A stretch of DNA of 64,000 bases from an uncultured Eubacteriales bacterium (GTDB taxonomy: Bacteria; Bacillota; Clostridia; Oscillospirales; CAG-382), in assembly GCA_934479825.1 (NCBI GenBank), contig CAKSOW010000002.1:95399-159398 (forward strand). Direction: 5' to 3'. The translations under genes were made by a program, and so were the position numbers. The notes below the pieces were generated by a model. That model saw nothing but the letters and a program-made list of their open reading frames with translations. It had not been told where the DNA came from and ran no database searches. Positions 55,344 through 62,681 of this stretch are shown here, piece after piece; the first letter of the stretch is position 1; the number at the start of each line of letters is the position of its first letter.

Positions 55344-56990
55344 TCACAGCTTGATTTCATTCTGCATGGCGACAACCGCCTCCACACAGTATTTTTTACG
55401 AAGCTTCGGCTTTTCAATTTTTCCGGTCGGGTTGCGCGGAATATCATCGAAGATGATCTGCTTGGGACGCTTATAACGTGCCATGCCTTGGCAGAACTCC
55501 TCAATTTCCTCTTTCGTGCAGGTCATGCCGTCTTTGATTTCAATGACAGCCGTAGCAATTTCGCCAAGTCGCTTGTCCGGAGTACCGATAACGGCAACGT
55601 CCTTGACTTTATCGTAAGCGCGGATAAAGTTTTCAATCTCAACGGGATACAGATTCTCACCGCCGCTGATGATGACGTCTTTTTTGCGGTCAACCAAATA
55701 AATAAACCCGTCCTCATCCATTTCCGCCATATCGCCCGTGAGAAGCCACTCGCCGAACAGACATTTTTTGGTAGCCTCCGGGTCGCGGTAGTAGCATTTC
55801 ATGACCGAAACGCCTTTGACGGCTAACTCGCCGACCTTGCCGCGCTCGACCGGATGATGATTTTCATCCCAGATTTCTGCCTCCCAGCCCTTGCCCGGAA
55901 TGCCGATCGCACCGACTTTATGGACGTTTTCAAGGCCGAGATGAATACACCCCGGACCGAGCGATTCGGTAAGGCCGTAGTTGGTATCATATTTGTGGTT
56001 CGGGAAGTGTTCCAACCAACGCTTGATAAGACTCGGCGGAACAGGCTGCGCGCCGATATGCATAAGTCTCCAACAGCTAAGATCATAGTCAGCCATGTTG
56101 ACCGCGCCGCTGTCAATGGCGTCTAAGATGTCCTGCGCCCACGGCACAAGCAGCCAACAGATAGTGACCCGTTCTTCGGAAATGGTCTTTAAGATCCATT
56201 CCGGCTTTACCCCGCGCAAAAGCACCGCTTTTCCGCCCACCAAGAAACTGCCGAACCAATGCATTTTCGCACCGGTATGATACAGCGGCGGAATACAGAG
56301 GAACACATCGTCCTTTGTCTGGCCGTGATTGTTGTTTTCCGTGTAGCAGGACGCAAGCAGGGATCTGTGGGTATGTAAGACCGCTTTGGGAAAACCGGTC
56401 GTACCGGACGAAAAATAGATCGCTGCGTCATCCTCGGGGTCAATTCTGATACGGACGTTTGTCGTCGGCATATCGGCAAGGATATCCTCATAGAATTCGG
56501 CATAGTCCGGACATTCTTCCCGGTTTCCGGCAAAAATGAATTCCTTGATTCCGGTAAGCTGCTCTTTGATTTCACCGACACGTCCGATAAAGGCCGAACC
56601 GAAAATCAAGACATCCGCTTCGGCAAGTTCCAGACAATATTTGATTTCCTCGGCGCTGTAACGGAAATTCATCGGGCAGACCACAGCGCCCGTTTTCAGA
56701 ATGCCGAAATACATCGGCAGCCAGCCGATGCAGTTCATCATCAGAATGGCAACTTTGTTCCCTTTTGTCACGCCTTCGGAGAGAAAATGGTGCGCCAATT
56801 TGTTGGCCGTGCCCTCAAAATCGCGCCAAGTCAGCTCTCTGCGATGAATCGGCTTGGGCATGGCTTCCACAAGGTCATATTCTTTCCAGGCGCGGTCGAT
56901 GCGTTCTTGAATTTCCGGATTGACCTCGACAAGGCTGACCTCGTCCGGGTACAATTCGGCATTTTTGGTTAAAATGTCCGTGATGATCAT
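55344..56990 (-). CDS. AMP-forming acyl-CoA synthetase (adenylate-forming superfamily); substrate unknown
   Basis: YFSSGTTGFPKAVLHTH (A3 motif), ..TGDMAEMDEDGFIYLVDRKKDVIISGGENLYP.. ATG at 56990 follows GGGAGA. Confidence 0.85.
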   Translation of the reverse strand: MIITDILTKNAELYPDEVSLVEVNPEIQERIDRAWKEYDLVEAMPKPIHRRELTWRDFEGTANKLAHHFLSEGVTKGNKVAILMMNCIGWLPMYFGILKTGAVVCPMNFRYSAEEIKYCLELAEADVLIFGSAFIGRVGEIKEQLTGIKEFIFAGNREECPDYAEFYEDILADMPTTNVRIRIDPEDDAAIYFSSGTTGFPKAVLHTHRSLLASCYTENNNHGQTKDDVFLCIPPLYHTGAKMHWFGSFLVGGKAVLLRGVKPEWILKTISEERVTICWLLVPWAQDILDAIDSGAVNMADYDLSCWRLMHIGAQPVPPSLIKRWLEHFPNHKYDTNYGLTESLGPGCIHLGLENVHKVGAIGIPGKGWEAEIWDENHHPVERGKVGELAVKGVSVMKCYYRDPEATKKCLFGEWLLTGDMAEMDEDGFIYLVDRKKDVIISGGENLYPVEIENFIRAYDKVKDVAVIGTPDKRLGEIATAVIEIKDGMTCTKEEIEEFCQGMARYKRPKQIIFDDIPRNPTGKIEKPKLRKKYCVEAVVAMQNEIKL

Positions 56991-57021
56991 AAAAAAGTCT
57001 CCCAAAATTTATTTTCGTTTT

Positions 57022-57054
57022 TGCAAAAAAGAAGCCCTGCGAAAACCGCAGGGC
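57022..57054 (-). terminator. Rho-independent terminator inside the 5' leader of the acyl-CoA synthetase gene
   Basis: Minus-strand GCCCUGCG-GUUUU-CGCAGGGC followed by UUCUUUUUUGC. It ends about 30 nt upstream of the synthetase SD. Confidence 0.8.
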
Positions 57055-57072
57055 GAACAGTTAATGTTAACG

Positions 57073-57106
57073 TCTGCGGACAACAACGAACGCGCCGGTC
57101 CGCAGA
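57073..57106 (-). promoter_or_regulatory. 9-bp stem hairpin upstream of the terminator; its 3' arm can alternatively pair with the terminator's 5' arm
   Basis: UCUGCGGAC-N16-GUCCGCAGA. CCGCAG of the 3' arm is complementary to CUGCGG of the terminator's 5' arm. Confidence 0.6.
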
Positions 57107-57113
57107 ACAAATT

Positions 57114-57194
57114 TCAAATGTGCTGCGAAATACGGCGCTGACAATAATAGTAATAATAGATTTCGTTGATAAGATGTGCGCGGAACGTTTTCAT
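57114..57194 (-). CDS. Candidate 26-codon leader peptide MKTFRAHLINEIYYYYYCQRRISQHI
   Basis: ATG at 57194 lies 9 nt after GGAGG (57204-57208). Five consecutive Tyr codons occupy 57144-57158. The TGA stop lies 7 nt before the first hairpin. It is too short to appear in the ORF track. Confidence 0.45.
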   Translation of the reverse strand: MKTFRAHLINEIYYYYYCQRRISQHI

Positions 57195-57239
57195 CGGAAC
57201 AAGCCTCCGAATGGATTTTCTACATTACGAATTTAATTC

Positions 57240-57249
57240 AGTATAACAT
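57240..57249 (-). promoter_or_regulatory. Candidate extended -10 promoter (TGTTATACT) for the leader transcript
   Basis: Minus-strand TGnTATACT lies in an AT-rich region 40 nt after the rsuA stop. There is no good -35. Confidence 0.35.
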
Positions 57250-57290
57250 TTATATATGAATATTTATGCATTTATATATAAATTTTTAGT

Positions 57291-58019
57291 TTATTCTCCC
57301 GAATTTTTCAGCAGTTTGATTTCTTCCTTTGTCAAGGCGCGCCATGCGCCGCGGTCCAGCGATGTATCAAGCGCCAGCCCTGCAAACCGGTCGCGCCGCA
57401 GAAACAAGACTTCCTTTTCACCGCAGGCATAGCAAAGCCGCTTGACCTCATGAAATTTTCCCTCGGTCAGTGTCACATACGCACTGCATGCATCCTCTCC
57501 GGAAAGCTCCAACCGGGCCGGCGCCGTGTTTTTGCCGTCAATCACAATGCCGCGCCGCATGGTTTCGATGTCCTCCGGCACAAACGGCTTGTCCGCCGTG
57601 ACAAAATAGGTCTTTTCGGCGTGGCTTTTCGGCGACAGCAGTTTGTGAGCGAGCGCGCCATCGTTGGTAACTAACAGTAAGCCGACCGTATCCTTATCCA
57701 GCCGCCCGACCGTTGAAATCCCTTTGTCGAGGTATTCTTTCGGAAACAGCGACATGACCGTGCCGTCGCGCTTATCGTCGTTGGCGCAGACAAGGCCGGC
57801 CGGTTTATTGAGCATGAAATAGAGAAACGGCGTGTAGTTTACCGGTTCTCCGTCAAAGCAGACCGTATCTTTTTCCGGTTCGACCTTTGCGTCGGGACTT
57901 GATCTTTGGCCGTTCACATTCACGCGTCCGGCGCGAATGGCGGCAGAGGCATCCCTGCGGCTGACCACAAGCGTCTGCGCGATCCATTTATCAAGGCGTA
58001 CAAGCGCCAAAGCATTCAC
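57291..58019 (-). CDS. rsuA: Pseudouridine synthase, RsuA/RluB family, with an S4 domain
   Basis: An S4-like N-terminus precedes the motif VGRLDKDTVGLLLVTNDG. Confidence 0.85.
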   Translation of the reverse strand: MNALALVRLDKWIAQTLVVSRRDASAAIRAGRVNVNGQRSSPDAKVEPEKDTVCFDGEPVNYTPFLYFMLNKPAGLVCANDDKRDGTVMSLFPKEYLDKGISTVGRLDKDTVGLLLVTNDGALAHKLLSPKSHAEKTYFVTADKPFVPEDIETMRRGIVIDGKNTAPARLELSGEDACSAYVTLTEGKFHEVKRLCYACGEKEVLFLRRDRFAGLALDTSLDRGAWRALTKEEIKLLKNSGE

Positions 58020-58114
58020 CCAATTTCTTCCTTATTATTAGCATTATTAGCATATGATTCGCATTATCCGCAATTATCCGTGTGCCGTAAAAGCTACGCA
58101 GTCCGATACGGAAA

Positions 58115-58612
58115 TCAGGTAACCGATCCCTGCGGCGTTTTGAGAAGCACAACTGCGTGTGCGCTGATTCCCTCTTCCCGCCCGGTAAAGCCGAGATGTT
58201 CCTCGGTGGTAGCCTTGACATTGATAAGGGTTTCCGGAACGCCAAGCGTCTGAGCAATCGTGTCGCGCATTTTATCCAGATATGGGGCAAGTTTCGGCGC
58301 TTGCGCAATAATGGTGATGTCGGCATTGGCAAGCGCACAGCGTCTTGCGTCCAATAAAGCTTTCACTCTTTTCAGCAATTCCAGACTGGAAATCCCCTTG
58401 TAGGCGTCGTCTGTGTCGGGAAAATGCCGGCCAATATCGCCAAGTCCCTCTGCGCCCAGCAACGCGTCCATGAGGGCATGTACCGCCACATCCGCATCAG
58501 AATGCCCCAAAAGGCCCTTTTCATGCGGAATTTCAACGCCGCACAGAATTAACTTTCTTCCGCTCACTAATTTGTGCACATCATAACCATGCCCGATTCG
58601 ATAGTCCATCAT
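58115..58612 (-). CDS. ispF: 2-C-methyl-D-erythritol 2,4-cyclodiphosphate synthase
   Basis: [15 protein letters not shown]...[22 protein letters not shown] at 58612 follows AGGAGGC and has an ATGA overlap with the ispD stop. The track's 80-aa N-terminal extension is spurious. Confidence 0.93.
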   Translation of the reverse strand: MMDYRIGHGYDVHKLVSGRKLILCGVEIPHEKGLLGHSDADVAVHALMDALLGAEGLGDIGRHFPDTDDAYKGISSLELLKRVKALLDARRCALANADITIIAQAPKLAPYLDKMRDTIAQTLGVPETLINVKATTEEHLGFTGREEGISAHAVVLLKTPQGSVT

Positions 58613-59376
58613 TTTATTGCCTCCTGTTTGAATTTCCGTGCCGCAAGAATCGCTTCCGCCATAGCCAGATCCTCCGGATATGTCACCTTGAAGTTGGCAA
58701 ACCCCGTCTCGGTACACATCACCCGGAATCCTGCCTGCATGACAAGCGCGCCGTCGTCCACAGCTGCGGCCGCCGCGTCTTTGGGTACGGTCGCAAGAGC
58801 CGTATGGAAAATATCGGTATCGAATGCCTGCGGCGTCTGAATCTGCCAAAGGCCGTTCCGGTCGATTTCTTCGGTAATCATACAGTCGTTTCCGGCATAT
58901 TTGACCGCGTCACGCACTTTGGTGGCCGCCACTGCCGCACCATAGCGAACGCAGGAAAAAAAGACGTCTTCGATCTGTTTTTCGGTAATCAGCGGACGCG
59001 CCGCGTCATGGATGGCCAAAAAAGGCGTGACCGCCGTTTTGTCCGGAAACGCCGCCCGGAACGCGCAAATAACCGATTCGGCACGTGTAGCGCCGCCCGG
59101 AACAATGCGATACAGCTTGGTGATCCCATACTTTCCGGCAAGCGCCTGAATTTCCTCTTTGTGTTCCTCCGGGGCGCTCACAACGATTTTTTTGACAAAG
59201 CCGCTCTTTTCAAACGCTTCAAGCGAATAGGCGATCATCGGCTTTCCGCAGAGAACGGAAAGCGGTTTATACACACCGCCCATACGTTGGCCGCTGCCGG
59301 CGGCGGCAATAAGAACGGTGAAAATTTCTTCGGGCTCGGAAAGCGACGCATATTTGTTCTTCCAGATAACGGACAT
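58609..59376 (-). CDS. ispD: 2-C-methyl-D-erythritol 4-phosphate cytidylyltransferase
   Basis: ..[17 protein letters not shown]... ATG at 59376 follows AGAGGAA. Confidence 0.9.
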   Translation of the reverse strand: MSVIWKNKYASLSEPEEIFTVLIAAAGSGQRMGGVYKPLSVLCGKPMIAYSLEAFEKSGFVKKIVVSAPEEHKEEIQALAGKYGITKLYRIVPGGATRAESVICAFRAAFPDKTAVTPFLAIHDAARPLITEKQIEDVFFSCVRYGAAVAATKVRDAVKYAGNDCMITEEIDRNGLWQIQTPQAFDTDIFHTALATVPKDAAAAAVDDGALVMQAGFRVMCTETGFANFKVTYPEDLAMAEAILAARKFKQEAIK

Positions 59377-59729
59377 ACTGTTCCTCTTTTCCGCTTGCTT
59401 AATCTGTTTTTCCCTATTTATCATACCACAGCTTGGGCGGCGAATTGTTACGCGTTTGTTAACTATCCCGACTTGCCGCCAATATGCCTTGCTTTTTTCT
59501 ACTTATGCACCGGTTTGCAAGAGTCAAAACCGCCTTTTTATGGGATTTCTCAGAAAAACCGCGTTCAAATTAACAATTGAAATATTTTTGATTTACAAAT
59601 AGTTCAAGAAATAGCGTTCCCGTTCATATATAATCATTGAATTGAGAGCGGAATCAGTATAAAATAAAAAATGATACTCTTTGTACGTGTCACAAACTTT
59701 GTTTTACGACACGCAGGCAGATTCACACT

Positions 59730-61124
59730 TTGCCTCCATTTCATTCCGAAAGGAAGTTCATTACCATTCTCAACCAACCCTTAAAAAAGCCCTTATTCCG
59801 ATTGGATGCAACGCAGATCATCGTTCTCGGTTTTTTAGGCGTGGTGCTTGTAGGAACGTTTCTTCTCATGTTGCCGATTGCCACCGTGAGCCGTGAAACA
59901 ACGCCCTTTATCGACGCGTTGTTCACCTCCACAAGCGCAGCCTGCGTTACGGGATTGACCATCGCGGAGACCGGCACATATTGGTCGTTGTTCGGAAAAG
60001 GCGTGATCTTGCTTTTGATCCAGATCGGCGGTCTCGGTTTCATGTCGATCGCACTTTTGTTTTCCCTTGTGGCGCGCCGCCGCATAACGCCGCGCGAACG
60101 CATGGTTTTTGCGCAGAGCCAGAATTTGTCCGACCTGTCGGGTATCGTAAAATTCGCCAAGTTCATTTTCTACGGCACTTTCACGGTCGAAAGCGTCGGC
60201 GCTTTGCTTTTATCGGTTCGCTTTATTCCGGAATACGGCATTTCTGAGGGAATCGCCAAAAGCATTTTTCACGCGGTAAGCGCTTTTTGCAATGCCGGTT
60301 TTGACACGATCGGGCACGCAAACAGCCTTTCCGATTATGCGCAAGACCCGTATCTGTCAATTATCATCAGCCTTTTGGTCATTGTCGGCGGACTCGGCTT
60401 TTTTGTCTGGCGCGATGTGTTGATGTACTTCCGGAAGAAACAGCGTCTTTCCCCTTATTCCAAGCTGGTGCTGTTTGCAACAGTCGGACTGCTTGTTTCC
60501 GGAACGCTTTTATTATTTGCCTTTGAAAACGAAAACCCGTTTTTTGATACCTATTCGCGCCCCAAGCTGTTCTTGGATTCGTTCTTCCAGTCGGCAGTCA
60601 CGCGCACAGCCGGATTTTACAGCATTCCACTGTCCAAAATGAGTTCAACCTCCAAGGCTGTGTCCATGGTGCTTATGTTTATCGGCGGTGCAAGCGGCTC
60701 AACAGCAGGCGGTATCAAGGTCGGAACGTTTGCGGTCATCATGATCGCCATGGCAGCCACCGTTCGCGGCAAAAACAATTTTGTCTTTGCCGGACGCCGT
60801 ATCTCCTTAAACAACGTCTTGCGCGCCATGGGTATTTTATCGGTTGCCATTGCGGTGGTTTCGATAAGCACCCTTGCCATTTGTCTTGCCGAGCCGCAGC
60901 TTTTGTTTGCGGACGTGCTGTATGAAGTGATTTCCGCTTTCGCGACAGTCGGCCAGACGCTTGGTATAACACCGCTTTTAAGCGTTTTTTCCAAAGGAAT
61001 CATCATTCTTCTTATGTTTTTCGGCCGCGTCGGCATTATTACGGTGACATATGCGATCATGTTCAACCAAGCCAAAAGCGAAAACTTAGTCACCTATCCC
61101 GAAACGAATGTGCCTCTCGGATAA
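59730..61124 (+). CDS. ktrB: TrkH/KtrB-family potassium uptake membrane subunit (start uncertain)
   Basis: Multi-TM protein with repeated pore-loop segments (..SACVTGL.., ..NAGFD.., ..RTAGF.., ..TVGQTLG..). There is no in-frame ATG before the first TM helix. The track start is TTG at 59730 with a weak SD. Confidence 0.8.
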   Translation: MPPFHSERKFITILNQPLKKPLFRLDATQIIVLGFLGVVLVGTFLLMLPIATVSRETTPFIDALFTSTSAACVTGLTIAETGTYWSLFGKGVILLLIQIGGLGFMSIALLFSLVARRRITPRERMVFAQSQNLSDLSGIVKFAKFIFYGTFTVESVGALLLSVRFIPEYGISEGIAKSIFHAVSAFCNAGFDTIGHANSLSDYAQDPYLSIIISLLVIVGGLGFFVWRDVLMYFRKKQRLSPYSKLVLFATVGLLVSGTLLLFAFENENPFFDTYSRPKLFLDSFFQSAVTRTAGFYSIPLSKMSSTSKAVSMVLMFIGGASGSTAGGIKVGTFAVIMIAMAATVRGKNNFVFAGRRISLNNVLRAMGILSVAIAVVSISTLAICLAEPQLLFADVLYEVISAFATVGQTLGITPLLSVFSKGIIILLMFFGRVGIITVTYAIMFNQAKSENLVTYPETNVPLG

Positions 61125-61163
61125 ATCCGGAAACACTGTTTTTGATATGAAAGGACTTTTTTC

Positions 61164-61823
61164 ATGAAAAGTATTGCTGTAATCGGTCTTGACCGTTTCG
61201 GCTACACGCTTGCCGTCACTCTTTCCCAGCTCGGACATCAGGTATTATGCATCGACGACAGTGAAAAAGCGATCCAGTCGGTCGCCGACCTCGTAACAAA
61301 CGCCGTCTGCGCCAACACAACAAACGAAGCCGCTTTGCGCGCCGCAGGCTTAAAGAGCTTTGACGCGGCGGTCATCTGCATTTCCGACAGCATGGAGCGA
61401 AGCCTGCTTACGGTACTCGCCGTCAAGGAAGTCGGCATTGCCTCGGTCACGGTGCGCGCCATGAGCGACGACCACAAAAAAATATTGGAAAAACTCGGTT
61501 TTGTCGATATCATTTACCCCGAATACGATATGGCGACCAAGCTTGCCTATCGGATAAATAAGTCGAAAATCCGGGAATATCTTGAATTTTCCAACGACTA
61601 TTCCATTATTGAGATTGCCGTTCCCGAAAAATGGGTCGGCAAAACACTCCGCAGTCTTGACGTGCGAAACACCTATGGAATCAACGTCATTGCCATTTCC
61701 CATCCGAGCAGTCATTCGGTGGACATTTCCATCAATCCGAACAATCCGCTTTCCAAGGATGACGCGTTAGTGCTTTTGGGAACGGATGAAATCATCATGA
61801 AATTCGCCAAAAAGGTAGAATAG
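61164..61823 (+). CDS. ktrA: TrkA/KtrA RCK-domain potassium uptake regulatory subunit
   Basis: MKSIAVIGLDRFGYTLA (the GxGxxG motif), with RCK_N plus RCK_C architecture. Confidence 0.88.
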   Translation: MKSIAVIGLDRFGYTLAVTLSQLGHQVLCIDDSEKAIQSVADLVTNAVCANTTNEAALRAAGLKSFDAAVICISDSMERSLLTVLAVKEVGIASVTVRAMSDDHKKILEKLGFVDIIYPEYDMATKLAYRINKSKIREYLEFSNDYSIIEIAVPEKWVGKTLRSLDVRNTYGINVIAISHPSSHSVDISINPNNPLSKDDALVLLGTDEIIMKFAKKVE

Positions 61824-61824
61824 C

Positions 61825-62631
61825 ATGAAGTTACAGCGAGAATACACGGTTTTAACCTCACGGAAGAACGGTACCGTGCTTGACGCGGCGGCTCTTTCCG
61901 CCGATAAAAAAGCGCGTGACAAGACCGGTTTGTTTGCCGTTGAGGGAAAAAAACTGTTGGAAGAAACTTTGGATGCAGGGCTTATGGTGGAAGCGGTCTT
62001 TTTCACGGAAAAAGCCGGGGAAAAATATGCAAATCTGCTTGACCGGGCGCCAAACACGGCGCTTTATTGCGTAACCGACGAGGTCTTTGCACGTCTTTCA
62101 ACCGAATCGGCGCCGCAAGGGTTATACGCCTGTGTGCGCAAACCGTGCGAAACAGCTCTGTCGGATGCAACTCTTGACGGCGGCGGTTTTATTCTGCTTG
62201 ACGGCGTACAGAACCCCTCCAACATGGGAGCGATCTTCCGAAGCGCCTTTGCGCTCGGTTTTGACAAAATCGTTTTATCGGACGACTGCGCCGACGCATA
62301 TTCCCCCAAAACCGTGCGTGCCGCCATGGGCAGTCTGTTCCGGCTGACGCTATACCGCACACCGGCTTTATGCGGCACGGTGGACGCTCTGCAAACAGCC
62401 GGAAAACGCGTTTTCTGCACGCAGCTTTCGGATAAGAGCTTAAAACTCGGGACGGTGGATTTCCTCCCGTCGGACAGCTTTGTCATCGGAAACGAAGGAC
62501 ACGGGGCGTCGGATGAGGTAAAAAGGGTCTGCCGGCACAGTTTATACATCCCTATGGCTGACGGAGCGGAAAGCCTGAATGCCGCGGTCGCCGCTTCTCT
62601 TCTTTTGTGGGAAGCGTCCAAACGCCGATAA
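61825..62631 (+). CDS. TrmH/SpoU-family RNA 2'-O-methyltransferase
   Basis: ..LDGVQNPSNMGAIFRSA.., ..VIGNEGHGAS.. and ..IPMADGAESLNAAVAASLLLWE.. are the SpoU motifs. Confidence 0.85.
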   Translation: MKLQREYTVLTSRKNGTVLDAAALSADKKARDKTGLFAVEGKKLLEETLDAGLMVEAVFFTEKAGEKYANLLDRAPNTALYCVTDEVFARLSTESAPQGLYACVRKPCETALSDATLDGGGFILLDGVQNPSNMGAIFRSAFALGFDKIVLSDDCADAYSPKTVRAAMGSLFRLTLYRTPALCGTVDALQTAGKRVFCTQLSDKSLKLGTVDFLPSDSFVIGNEGHGASDEVKRVCRHSLYIPMADGAESLNAAVAASLLLWEASKRR

Positions 62632-62681
62632 GGTGAAACATACAGAAACATAACATATCTGTTGAAAGGCGGAAAAAGTAA

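Noticed and set aside
57143-57160. The Tyr run treated purely as a tandem DNA 9-mer (AATAATAGT AATAATAGA) with no coding meaning.
   Set aside because: This is not fully rejected and is kept as the main alternative. The perfect GGAGG-9 nt-ATG, the stop placed just before the hairpins and the attenuator geometry make the leader-peptide reading at least as likely.
59377-59729. A c-di-AMP (ydaO/kimA-type) riboswitch upstream of ktrB-ktrA.
   Set aside because: The predicted leader after a TTGAAT-17-TAAAAT promoter is only about 70 nt. It shows one short hairpin (CGTGTC...GACACG) and none of the long pseudo-symmetric conserved segments I would expect.
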